Assembly: GCF_006345805.1 (NCBI RefSeq)
Contig: NC_043022.1
Location: 19,902,001 to 19,966,000, forward strand
Direction of reading: 5' to 3'
Source: Octopus sinensis
Taxonomy: Eukaryota
DNA: 64,000 nt
Shown: positions 39,941 through 52,462 of the stretch, one piece after another
How the letters are laid out: the number at the start of each line of letters is the position of its first letter
Position numbering within the stretch: the stretch's first letter is position 1
Notes under the pieces: generated by a model
Databases searched by the model: none
The model's input: only the letters and a program-made list of their open reading frames with translations
Told to the model about the DNA's origin: nothing
Program-made: the position numbers and the translations under genes

Positions 39941-41044
39941 CTGCAAAATTAAGTAAAGAAAAACATGAGTGTGTACGTGTATGTGTGGTGTGTGTGTGTG
40001 TGTGTGTGTGTGTATCTCTTTTACTCTTTTACTTGTTTCAGTCATTTGACTGCGGCCATGCTGGAGCACCGCCTTTAGTCGAGCAAATTGGTCCCAGGAC
40101 TTATTCTTTGTAAACCTAGTACTTATTCTATCAGTCTCTTTTGCCGAACCGCTAAGTGACAGGGACGCAAACACACCAGCATTGATTGTCAAGCAATGCT
40201 AGGGGGACAAACACAGATACACATATATATATATATATATAAACATATATACGACAGGCTTCTTTCAGTTTCTGTCTACCAAATCCACTCACAAGCCATT
40301 GGTCGGCCCAGGGCTATAGCAGAAGACACTTGCCCAAGATGCCACGTAGTGGGACTGAACCCGGAACCATGTGGTTGGTAAGCAAGCTACTTACCACATA
40401 ACCACTCCTGCGCCTATGTGTATATATATATATATATATATATAGGAGTGAGTGGACAAACAGAAGAAGCCAATTTATTGGGAGTTACATGTATGGAACA
40501 AAACAGTTTGATTCAAATTCGTTGCTACGCTTGAGTTTCAAGTGTGGAGCTAGTTGTCAGTCATTTTGAATTTGGATGACCAAAGTTGATTGTTATTACC
40601 GCAAGGTGGGCTGCAATTGGACAAGAAAAGTCACGCGGTGTCATGGTCTGATGTTGGTATATGGGTAACAGTTAGGTGGCATACACAGCATGGCGAAGAG
40701 GAAATTGACCATGTGAAGGACAGGAAATAGACTAGAAGTGGGTCTGATGGGGGTGGGAGGAAAAAGTAAGAAGGGGCAGCATGTGTAAGTTCTGCTTCCC
40801 ATGCTGGCATGGGTGGACGATTTGACTGAGGACTGGAGAACTAGATGGCTGCACCATGCTCCAATCTGATCTGGCAGACTTCCTACAGCTGGATGCCCTT
40901 CCTAACGCCAACCACTCTGAGAGTGTAGAGGGTGCTTTTACGTACCACCGGCATGAGGGCCAGTCAGGTGGTACTGGCAACGGTCACACTCAAATGGTGT
41001 TTTTTACCTGCCACCTGCACAGGAGTCAGTCCAGCGGCACTATC

Positions 41045-41598
41045 AATCGAAAATGATCGTGGTCCAAATGTAATGAGCCAGCACAAACCACAAGGAAGGT
41101 GAATTGCATCAAAGAAATCTCATGCTGTCAATTTTGGTGGGATTACAAAGTTATTGTGTATTTTGAGCTGCATCAGTTCAGAAGTTTACTGTCAACAATT
41201 AATGAAACTGGAAGAAGCAATTGAAGAAAAACAGCCAGAATTGGCAAATCCTAAAGGAATCATGTTCCACCATGATAATGCTAGACAACACACATATATG
41301 CTAACTTGTGAAAAATTATTGGAGCTTGGTTGGGGAGTGATGTCACATCCTCTATATAGCCCTGACCTTGCACCATCAGATTACCATTTACTTCGAAGTT
41401 TGCAAAATTCTTTGAATGGTAAAACTTTGAATAATATGGCTGATAAGGACAAGAAATTCTATGAGTACAGAATCATGATATTGCCAGAAAGATGGCAAAA
41501 TGTAATTGAACAAAATTGATTACAGTTCATTCTTTGTATGAAAAAAAATTACTCTTTCATACTAAAAAAAATGAAATTACTTTCTTGCCAACCCAATA
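41045..41598 (+). mobile_element. Mariner transposase 3' half with right TIR (decayed)
   Basis: SWSKCNEPAQTT, WWDYK, FHHDNARQH, YSPDLAPSDYHL, LPERWQNVIEQN; TIR ...TTACTTTCTTGCCAACCCAA then TA. Confidence 0.92.
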
Positions 41599-41627
41599 CA
41601 TATAAAAACAAATGGTGCAGTTCTTAC

Positions 41628-41759
41628 CTATAAATGCATTTGGTATAGTTATCTTTAACCACATTCTGTCCCTGATTTCAAGACCAGAATCAGCCTGGGC
41701 CATTGCTTTCACAACGGATTCCATATCTGTATTTACAGTCAAATTTAAATCATCAAACC
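41628..41759 (-). CDS. dsh: Dishevelled exon, DEP start: (R)[43 protein letters not shown](G)
   Basis: cttacag|GG acceptor, G|gtaag donor; 132 nt, phase 1 to 1; [17 protein letters not shown] motif. Confidence 0.97.
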
Positions 41760-42765
41760 CTGTAAGAGTAGAAAAATAAAAAAGGGAATAAAAGTAACAT
41801 ATTTGGTAGCAGTTATATTTTACTATGAGCAGAATCTGGTCTACAATGCAGAAATGATACTTCCAAAAGATGAACTGGAAAAAGGATATATATTTGCAAC
41901 GGGAACCTACTTTTCATCGACAACAGGTGATTGTCAGAATCTGATGATGGGTTAATATCCGGAAACTCGAGTCCGTGTGTATCATACAGGTTGAAGATGG
42001 GAAGGATGGCTTCCCTTTGCAAATACTGATAGTGCACAGAAGGTGTGTCAATAGCCAGCTGGAGGAGGTGTCCTCCTGGGGCTACAAGCTACAGTAGCAT
42101 CCACCCATATGTCCAACCCCTAAGAAAATTCTTTCAAACAAATTTTTATACTAAATCTACAGGATATAAGCGATTATTTAGTGTATGTTTCATTAAAAAG
42201 TATCCATTTTTCTGGAAATCATGAGGTAACAAAGTCGGTGGGGTATTAAACTGAAGCCATGCCTTTTTTCAATAAAAGTTAACATTAACTGCTGTTACAT
42301 TTTCAAATAATCAACAGATTAACAAAGTTAACTTTTCGATTTATGGTGCCCACCTCTGTATGTATGAGTGTGTGTGTGTGTGTGTATAGCAGAATATATT
42401 ACTAAAAGAAATGCCAACTTTGATTTTCGCATTTTATTTACAATCTTATAAAAATATAATATATAATGAAACAAAAGACTATTAAATGTCCATTCTGATT
42501 GAACTAGTACTTTCATGCATTAAACTATACAATCTTCAGGTTCATATAGTAGTAGTGACAGTTATGTTTTACAATTTACAACTGTGTGCCTTAAATAACT
42601 GTCACCACAACGACATGAACCTGAAGATTGCATATTTTAATGCATGAAAATACCAGTTCAATCAGAATGGACATTTAATATTCTATCATTTCATTATATT
42701 ATCTTATATTATCATAAGATTGTAAATAAAATGTGAAAATCAGACAAGGTTGGAATTTCTGTGAG

Positions 42766-42816
<51 letters not shown>

Positions 42817-43265
42817 CTTTTTATCTAGTTTCAGCTCACAAGCTGTGGCCATGCTGGGGCACTGCCATTTGCTGGGGTACCGCCGTGTTTATAAAAAAGA
42901 AGTTTGAAAACGCCACTATATAAGATAAATTTTGATTTTCTTAGAAATTTTACGTTTCGGTTCTTGAAAAGAATGAACCTTATCAAAAATATTTTAAAAA
43001 GTTAAGTGTAATAAAAAAGTTCATAATTGTTTCTTACTAGTCTCAACAGAATCCACGTGGTGGTTTTTTATGGGGGAGAGCATAATAGCTGTCTTGTGTG
43101 TTGACTAAAATTGGGGAAATGACCAGTGGCCGAAATAGCAGTAGTAGCAGTATATATATATATATATATATAGATGAGCAGAACAAAAACAAATATTGTC
43201 TGTATATTCATCTCCTATTTGCAGTCTGAATGGAAATCTCATCAATGTTGTGTGATAATACTTAC

Positions 43266-43489
43266 TTTCTGATTCTGGTATTGAGCTAGTTAATGATGAA
43301 CTGGTAGACGTCATAGTACTGAGCGAGGAGCTGACTGGAGCACCACGACCCATGTATTCGGCTCGCATGGCTGTAGTGTGTGCCACCCAAGCAGAGGGAT
43401 CAATTGGACGAACAGGTTCTTGACGAGGTACTGTGAAATATCCTTTTGGATTTGGGTCCCAACATTTGGCAACAACTAGGGTAATAGGC
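43266..43489 (-). CDS. dsh: Dishevelled exon, PDZ end and proline-rich linker: [38 protein letters not shown]...[11 protein letters not shown]
   Basis: ctgcag|G acceptor, A|gtaag donor; 224 nt, phase 2 to 1; conserved EPVRPIDP. Confidence 0.97.
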
Positions 43490-44262
43490 CTGCAGTCAGA
43501 GAGGAAGAAAACATAAACACACATATTTCTCTTTCAATATATATATAGGTAATATATTATATATATATAAATACACACATTGTACACATATCTATATACA
43601 TACATACATATACATACAAACACGAGACCTATTGAGTCAAGTACATCAACATCGACATAAATATCAAATGGAAATTGTAAATGGGATACTTGTGCCAGTG
43701 GCACGTAAAAAGTACCATCCGAACGTGGCTAATGTCAGTGCCACCTTGACTGACTTCTGTGCTGGTGGCACGTAAAAAGCACCCACTACACTCATGGAGT
43801 GGTTGGCATTAAGAAGGGCATCCAGCTGTAGAAACACTGCCAGATCAGACTGGAGCCTGGTGCAGCCTCCTGGCTTCCCAGACCCCGGTCAAACCGTCCA
43901 ACCCGTGCTAGCATGGAAAACGGACGTTAAATGATGATGATGATACATCATCAAAAACAGATGAGAGAAACCTCCAAATTTTCATACTTTGTCCTTAAAG
44001 CTAAAGCTGTCAATCAGTCATCATTGTAGTGACAAAGCAAACACCCTTGATGTCTTGCAGCAAGGAGAAAAGATATGATTTATTGTGGACAGGGGCAGAA
44101 GAGGGGATGAAGAGAATGGGGAAGAGGGGAAGGCAAGGAAGAAAAGGGGAGTGAGAAGAGGAGAGGGGCAGAATGGAGGATGAGGAAGAGGCAGAAGGGG
44201 AAGAAGACGAGTGGAGGAGGAGGAGGCAGAACAAAAGCAAGGAGAATGAAAAAGGCGCTTAC

Positions 44263-44391
44263 CCAGGCTTTTGGACCGCTTCGCGAAGAGTTCGGACAGC
44301 ATCATCATTACTCATGTTTTCAAAGCTAATACCATTCACTTCCAAAATCATGTCTCCTGGTTCAATACGGCCGTCCTGAGCCACGGCACCA
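44263..44391 (-). CDS. dsh: Dishevelled exon, PDZ: [42 protein letters not shown](G)
   Basis: ttttgtag|T acceptor, GG|gtaagc donor; 129 nt, phase 2 to 2. Confidence 0.97.
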
Positions 44392-45589
44392 CTACAAAAC
44401 AAGTATGAAAACATACATTACAACAGGTTTATACATGCAGACCCATATATGTGTGTGTGTGTAAGAATGTGTATATATGGGTATACATGCGTGTGTGTAT
44501 ATGTGTTTGCTTTTTATTACAAGCTGAAGATTTTCTTCCATTGCTGAAGGAATTGAATATATAGGTGCAGGTGTGCCTGTGTGGTAAGAAGCTTGCTTCC
44601 CAACCACATGGCTCTGGGTTCAGTCCCACTGCATGGCATCTTTGTCAAGCGTCTTCTACTATGGCTTCATTTCATTTTTTTCATTTAGCGTCCATTTTCC
44701 ATGCTAGCATGGGTCAGGTCAACCAAAGCCTTGTGAGTGGATGTGGTCGACAGAAACTGAAAGAAGCCTATCGTGTAGACGTGTGTGTGTATCCTTGTCT
44801 TCCTCTACCACTTGATAGCTGGTATTGGTTTGTTTACATCCCTGTAACTGAGCAGGCTTTAAAAAAATAAAAGTACTGGGGTCGATGCATTTGACTAAAA
44901 CTTCTTCCTGACTGCAGTCTAATGACTGAAACAAGTAAAATAATAGAAGAAAAGTGAAATGTGTCTGTGTTCATGTATGTATATAATATAAATATATATA
45001 CACATACATGCATGTACACACACATACCCACACATATACATGCATGTGTGGCAGCATGGTATAGGCAGAGGCAAGACTATGCTTCCATGAAGTTAAGTTT
45101 GCTTTGCAACCATGACTTTTCAGGTTCAGTCCCACTGCACAGTACCTTATGTGCTACAGTAATCAATGCCTTGTGAGAGAATTTTACTTATGGAAAACTG
45201 TACAGAAGCCCATCATGTGTTTGTGTATGTGTGTCTTTGTGTTTGTTCCCCGCCACTGCTTGGCAACCATGTCCATGCTTACATAGATTAGACAGAGTCT
45301 ACCAAAGGAGATTTCCTGCAGCTAGATGTTCCTGCTATTACCCACACATCTTTTTGCAGAATACTGGAAATGGTTGACATTCAGTCTTGAAGTCTCCTTC
45401 CACACATCCCCAATCTCACATCTATTGTACACAGGCACTGTGTATGCAAATTCTAATTTCTCCAGCCCAACAAAATGGCATGTCTTGGCAGTGTACCCAC
45501 TCCTTTCATCACCTGGAACAAACGCTCCAGGGTTAGCTCTTATCTTCACTCTTGTCCCAGGAATCTATGGCCTGATGAAAGACTAAGCA

Positions 45590-45810
45590 TGTAGCTCAGA
45601 AGGTTTAAGAGAAATCTTCTGAAAGGCCAATCATGACCATCTAAAGGGTTATGGTTTTCTGTAGAGCTAAGCATGACCTGAAGGGCTAAGCATGGAATTT
45701 TGAAGGGCTAAGCATGACCATCTGAAGGGCTACACATGGCCTTCTGAAGGGCTATGCATGGCCTTCTGAAGGGCTACACATGGCCTTCTGAAGGGCTATG
45801 CATGGCCTTA
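45590..45810. repeat. 22-bp minisatellite (TGGCCTTCTGAAGGGCTA(TG/CA)CA)
   Basis: GAAGGGC recurs at 45724, 45746 and 45768, degrading leftwards. Confidence 0.85.
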
Positions 45811-45919
45811 ATTATACACATTAAGTATGATACATAGATGGCTATTTCATTTATAATTTTTTTTTAAATAACAATAAAGTAAAAAGTCAAACAAATAAGA
45901 AAACAATATTGCAACAAAC

Positions 45920-46007
45920 CCTTTCATTATAGAGCCAACATAGATGCCACCATCACCACCTTTGTTACTCTGACCAACAATACTGATTCCTAGAAAATTC
46001 ACTGTGT
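45920..46007 (-). CDS. dsh: Dishevelled exon, PDZ: (D)[28 protein letters not shown](G)
   Basis: tctacag|AC acceptor, GG|gtttgt donor; 88 nt; [10 protein letters not shown] carboxylate-binding loop. Confidence 0.96.
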
Positions 46008-46937
46008 CTGTAGAAATAAAGAAAAAGAATTAAGGAGACAATAACAACAATCTACAGTGAAACAAACTTGGGATAAAAAGGGATATTATATTGAAGATGG
46101 GCTTCATAGTTTCATAATGCATTCGCTTTGTAACAATTAATTTTTAAAATAATGAAGAATTTAATAATATAACTGTCATCTTTAAAATGATGAATAAGAC
46201 AGCAAATTGGCAGAATTGTTAGCGGGTTGAGCAAAATGCTTAGCGACATTTCACCTGTCTTTACATTCTGAGTTTAAATGCTGTCCTAGTCGAAACCGCC
46301 TTCCATTCTATCAGGGTCAATAAAGTTAGTACCAGTAGAGCTCCGAGTTCAGTGTAATCAGCTTACCCCTTTCCCAATTGTATGTCCCAGTTTATTTTAA
46401 TTGCAATATGTAGAAGAAAAAAACCCAGACAAGTTCACATAAAATTCGTGCATGCCATGTGACAGGCAGTTTTTACAGCATTTGTTATGTATTAATTATT
46501 TTACAAAATTCTTCGTTATGAAACGAAAGCAGAGTATTTCAACAGAAGTATAATAATAACAAAAGGGTTAAATTTAATCTGAAAATGTAAAATATCAAAG
46601 ACAACATTTATTTTCATAGTACACAGGTTGGAAAGCACTGCTATTGTATTATGTCTCTGTCTCTACTATGGTACAAATCATCCACCACACCTACTGCCAG
46701 ACATCAAGGGGAAGAGGGGAGGAAATCAACAACTCTATTCAGAGAGATGTTAATGGAGCTAAATCACCATTCCTTGCTTTTTACACTAAAGAATTTCACA
46801 AAAGAAATAACGATCGTAAAGAAAGAAATATGATGATGATGATGAAGTTTATTTACTAATTAGCCAATTATGAAATTTCTAGTTAGAGGAAGGAGTGTTA
46901 CATATTTGAAAATTTGAAATACCATTTATATATATAC

Positions 46938-46973
<36 letters not shown>

Positions 46974-47012
46974 AACACAAATATATATGTAAACACAAAC
47001 AAACATACATAC

Positions 47013-47045
<33 letters not shown>

Positions 47046-47785
47046 TTCATATATCTGTATATTTACATGTATGTTTATATTGACTTAATATATACTCATG
47101 TATTGATATATATTTATATATCTAACACATCTATACATTCATATATCTACATGTGTATGTATGAGAGAGAGAGAGTCTATATGTGTGCATGACTGTGTGT
47201 ACAGATGCAGATGCTCAAAAACATTTCTTTCTTTGACAATGTTTTTTTTCAACTCTAAGTAGACACAAAATTTAAATTTCAAATTAATAACAAAAAACGA
47301 AGGAAGAAAAGATTTATCTTATATTAGAGAAAGTTTTAAAAAATACAAAAATAGACAAAAAACAAGCTATTGAAAATGGCTTCTCTTGAGTTATGATAAA
47401 CAACTTTTGGACTTTCACATCTTTTAAATTCTGTAAAAGCACTAAAATGACAGCAATACTGGTACTCTGTACGTTACAACAACGAGGGTTCCAGTTGATT
47501 CAATCAACAGAACTGCCTGGTCATGAAATTAATGAGCAAGTGGCTGATCACTTCACACAGATGCATGTGCCCTTTCAAGGACACAAAGTGTCACTGGTAA
47601 TTGAACACAACCTGGTTACAAACCAAGTGTACCCTAAATACTAAGCCCTCACCCAGGTCAACTTTACATTTCATCCTTTTAGGATCAATAAATTAAGTAC
47701 CAGTGAAACACTGGGGTTGATGTAATCAACTAGTCCCTTCCCCCAAAATGTCAGGCCTTGTGCCTTTAGTAGAATGGATTAATAC

Positions 47786-47834
<49 letters not shown>

Positions 47835-47893
47835 GAATGAGAAAGAATTCTAGAATGAAGCCAGTTCCATGTGTAGATCTTGTATGTACTCAC

Positions 47894-47963
47894 CCATGTT
47901 CAACGTGACTGTAATAATGTTGAGTGACATAGTAGAGTCTGTGATACTGCTAAACGAAGACGT
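47894..47963 (-). CDS. dsh: Dishevelled exon, PDZ start: [23 protein letters not shown]
   Basis: tttacag|ACG acceptor, ATGG|gtgagt donor; 70 nt; near-invariant Dvl peptide; absent from the ORF track, read by hand. Confidence 0.96.
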
Positions 47964-48654
47964 CTGTAAAGAAATACAAACACACAGTAATGGTTAAACA
48001 AATTAGAAAAACCCAAAAATACAAAACAGTAATTAAAATAAAATGACAAACATACACACAAACACAATATAAAGAAAAAAGATATTACACCCTATTTGAT
48101 GCCATATTAGAATAGATTTTTTTTCCAAAACATTTCTCAAGATAAACCACCCTGAGTCCTATATTTGAAGGTGGGTTTATACAACAAGCTTTAAATTGAT
48201 TGGAAACTTTTTTATTTTCAATATATGCTGTTGAAATTGGTATGCATCTAATGTACTAATGTATCGTTTGTGCCATCAAAGTAACCCAAATTTAAGGAAA
48301 TATTAATTAGATGTCAATCATTTTAATATATTGTTGAAGTCCTCATTACCCCCTACCCCCTACCTGCCCCAGAAGGTCTTTATTTCTATGATACAAATCT
48401 TCCAATTTTAAAAGGTATTTACAATTAATTAAAAACCATAATTGCATACAACAGCGAAAAAATTTTTTATGAAATTACAACTCAAACATTAACTTAATGA
48501 AATTCAAATCTTCGTTATTTTCACAATATACTTAGAGCCATAGATATATTGTATGTATTTCATTACAAACATAATCACAATAGAGTTAAATAACATGAAG
48601 ATATTCCTGAATCACAGCTGTTTAGCAAGGGATTTGATCTCAGATTGTCTGTGT

Positions 48655-49140
48655 TGCACCAGTCTATTGTCTTTGTTGTTACAACAGTTAATGGTCTAAC
48701 TTTGCTACTACAATAGTCAGTGGTACCACTTTGCTATTAGACCAGTTTATTCTTTCTGTTGTTACAACAGTTAGTGGTCTAACTTTGCTGCTACATTAGT
48801 CAGTGGTCTCACTTTGCTTTTAGAGCAGTCTTTTGTCTCACTTTCTTGTTACTACAGCTAGTGGTCTAATTTTGCTATCACAGTAGTCAGTGGTAGCACT
48901 TTGCTATTAGAACAGTCTATTGTCTTTGTTACAACAATTAGTGGTCTAACCTTACTGTTACAATAGTTAATGGTCTCATTTTGCTGTAAGAGAGCTGTCT
49001 ATAGTCTCCTTCTGTTGTTAACAGTTAGTTAACGCAGTCTATAATCTCCCATTTTTGTTACAACAGTCAGTGGGCTCACATTGCTGTTACACTAGTCAGT
49101 GGTCTTACCTTGTTCTTACAACATAGTCAATGGTCTTACC
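48655..49140. repeat. About 30-bp minisatellite with trimer higher-order structure, abutting a dsh donor
   Basis: Monomer close to TGGTCTAACTTTGCTGTTACAATAGTCAG. Confidence 0.85.
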
Positions 49141-49233
49141 TTGCTGAGAGGTGGGAGTCTGTGTCTTTTCCGTCTTCTTTTGTGACGGCCATACTTTGAA
49201 GACCTAGCAGTTGTGTCAGTGACCGTAGAAAAC
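49140..49233 (-). CDS. dsh: Dishevelled exon, basic region: FSTVTDTTARSSKYGRHKRRRKRHRLPPLSK
   Basis: tacacag|G acceptor, AAG|gtaaga donor; 94 nt, phase 2 to 0; Dvl RHKRRR basic patch. Confidence 0.93.
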
Positions 49234-49324
49234 CTGTGTAAAATAGACAATGCAGTGTGTGTTATATACATGTGAATGCATGTGTGTATGCCTATATATA
49301 CATATATATAAAGGGGAAGATTAA

Positions 49325-49768
49325 CCATTTCATTACTGTATTCATTTTGAGATGCTCTGTATTTCTTTCAGTTATTTTAAATATAACAAAGAATTTAGTA
49401 AAATAACTTAGTTATCATGAAGCTAGTGTTAGGAACGTAAATTGTGACTAAGGCTTGGTGGAAGATTTTAATTCAAAACTCATGAAAACAAGACATTTTA
49501 ACACAGAGCCAGAGCCGGTTTTGGCTGGGTTAGTAACTAAAGGGTTAACCCTTTAGTATTTAAACCGGCCATATCCGGCCAAAAGTATTCTACCTGTTTT
49601 ATGTTCAAACTGGCCAGATCCAGGCTCTCACACCTACCCTACAATGTTATTATACATTAAGTAATTACACCATCAAGATCTTGAAGATATGAGATAATGC
49701 ATGATTAATTCAAATCAATGGGAATCAATAGGCATTATGTTTGATAGAATAATCTGAACACTAAAGGG
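49325..49768. mobile_element. Two different piggyBac-type MITEs (49325-49544, 49549-49768) sharing one TTAA
   Basis: TTAA at 49321-49324, 49545-49548 and 49769-49772; CC(C)...GGG termini. Confidence 0.82.
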
Positions 49769-50170
49769 TTAAAGATTCCTTTTGGTCATGAATGACCATG
49801 GGATTGCACCTAGAAAGTTAACCTCTGAAGCACAAGTCTGGGCAAGGTTGCTTATGGAGGACCAGTAGTCACCCATGAAAACCAGCTTCCCCCCACACTA
49901 CACCACTGATGTTATCCAAGGGAAAGGCAAAGGGGCCGATACAGCTTGGCACCAGTGACATCACAACTCATTTCTACAGTTGAGTGAACTGGAGCAACAT
50001 GAAATAAAGTGTCTTGCTCAAAAACAAAACATACAACCCTGTCCAGGAATCAAACTCGCTACCTCATGATTGTGAGCCCTACACTCTAACCACTGAGCCA
50101 TGTGTGTGTATACTCTTTTACTTGTTTTCAGTCATTTGACTGCGGCCATGCTGAAGCACCACCTTTAGTC

Positions 50171-50946
50171 GAGCAAATCGACCCCAGGACTTATTCTTTG
50201 TAAGCCCAGTACTTATTCTATCGGTCTCTTTTGCTGAACCACTAAGTGACGGGGACGTAAACACACCAGCATCGGTTGTCAAGCAATGCTAGGGAGACAA
50301 ACACAGACACACAAACATACACGCACGCACACATTATATATATATATACATATATACAACAGGCTTCTTTCAGTTTCCGTCTATCAAATCCATTCACAAG
50401 GCATTGGTTGGCTATAGCAGAAGACACTTGCCCAAGATGCCACGCAGTGGGACTGAACCAGCAACCATGTGGTTGGTTAGCAAGCTACTTACCACACAGC
50501 CACTCCTGTGTATGTATAAGAAATAATTGAAATTCAGACAAATTAGGTACTTAAGTTGAGCAAATCGACCCCGGGACTTATTCTTTGTAAGCCCAGTACT
50601 TATTCTATCGGTCTCTTTTGCCGAACCACTAAGTGACGGGGACGTAAACACACCAGCATTGGTTGTCAAGCAATGCTAGGGGGACAAACACAGACACACA
50701 AACATACACGCACGCACACATTATATATATATATATATATATATACAACAGGCTTCTTTCAGTTTCCGTCTATCAAATCCATTCACAAGGCATTGGTCGG
50801 CTATAGCAGAAGACACTTGCCCAAGATGCCACGCAGTGGGACTGAACCCGCAACCATGTGGTTGGTTAGCAAGCTACTTACCACACAGCCACTCCTGTGT
50901 ATGTATAAGAAATAATTGAAATTCAGACAAATTAGGTACTTAAGTT
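50171..50946. repeat. 387-bp tandem duplication of a SINE B plus flank
   Basis: GAGCAAATCGACCCC at 50171 and 50558; both copies end GGTACTTAAGTT. Confidence 0.9.
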
Positions 50947-52462
50947 GAAGCACCAAATCAGTGCGGTATTATCTGTACAATTCAAAGTAAGGTGAATAAA
51001 ATCAAAATAAGCAACAGGATATCAAGAGGTGATGCAGTACAACCGTTTCAAGCAGCTCCATTTAATTGAACAATGCAATCATTACAACAATTTAAATGCA
51101 GCTGAAGACAAAGAGAGCTGCACCAGTAATCCATTGATACTCATTTCAGTTGAGTGAATGGGAGCAACATGAAATGAATGAAACATTTTACTCAAGGACA
51201 CAATGCAAAGTGGATGGGCAGTAGCCCATCCAAGAATTGAACACACAACTTTATAATTGAATGGCCAACACCCTAACCACCAAGCCATGCAGCTTAACAA
51301 TGAATAAAGTTGCTTATTTTATTATATCCCTCCAAAGTCTTATTTTCAAAATCAAAAAACTAAGGAAGTGTTATTCCACTAGATAAGTGGTCATGAAATA
51401 TTTAAACCTTCATCCCCTTGTACCTTAATGAGGAGGGCTTGAGGGCCTATAAAAGGAGAAGCTCAAATACTATGTCAGTCCAGAGTCCAGACAGCCAAAG
51501 AGAAGCTCATAAATTCATTAGAGCCTGAAAAATTAAAGAGGAGCCTGAAGAACCAAGAAAGACTTTGTGAATACTTGACAGGCCTCTCTCAAAAACCTCA
51601 CACTGAGGGCCAAAATGCAGTTTTGTTTTGCCTTGTAAATATCTAACAGGCTTTTCTCTAAAATCTAACACTCAGAGACTCATGAGCAGCCTAAACAACC
51701 AACAAAAGGACCTAGAGAACCAGAAAGGGGCATGTAAAGGTAAGGAAGACCTTGTGAATATCTGACAAGCACTTCTCTAAAATCTCCCATTTGGGGCCCA
51801 AAAACAGTTTTCTTCTGCCTAGTAAAATTTCTCTCAGAGGCCCAGTGAGGAGCCCTAATATGGTTGCTCACCCTGCTAGATATAGAACCAGAAAAGGAGC
51901 CTGAAGAATCAAAGAAGAGCCAGTGAATATCTAACAGACCTCTGTCTAAAACCTCATACATGGGGCCGAAGAGCTTTTCTCTAAAACCCAGAGACTCATG
52001 AAAGGCCTGAAGAGCCAGCAAAAGGACCTGGAGAATCAAAGAGGAACCTGTAAAGACAAGGAAGACCATGTAAATATCTGACAAGCATTTCTCTAAAACA
52101 TCCCACCCAGGGCCCAAAAACAGTTTTCTTCAGCCTAGTAAAATTTCTCTTTCGAAACCTGGGGTTGGGTAGGGGCAAATATATGGCTGCTCAACCCGCT
52201 AGATATAGATGCCAGATTAGCCCTTGATCAGGTGTTACCATGTTACCAAAACAAAACAGATATAACACACCAAACATGTTCCAGGGAACACTATGTCCAA
52301 GGGGAGAACACTTCATTATATGTCCACTTAATCAGCACTAACCAGTGACAAAACCACATCATCGTCAATATCATCATCATTTTGCATCCATGACCCTCAC
52401 TGGTATGGGTTCGGCTAGTTTAAAACAAAAAAAAAAAAATTGAAAAAGAGAGGAAAGGGTAC

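Noticed and set aside
43460-43489. PITLV instead of the vertebrate IxLT nuclear-localisation motif
   Set aside because: Fly Dsh has a similar IxLV, so this is not unusual for an invertebrate.
45590-49140. Regularly spaced repeats resembling CRISPR arrays
   Set aside because: Contiguous minisatellites without unique spacers, in a eukaryotic intron with no cas genes.
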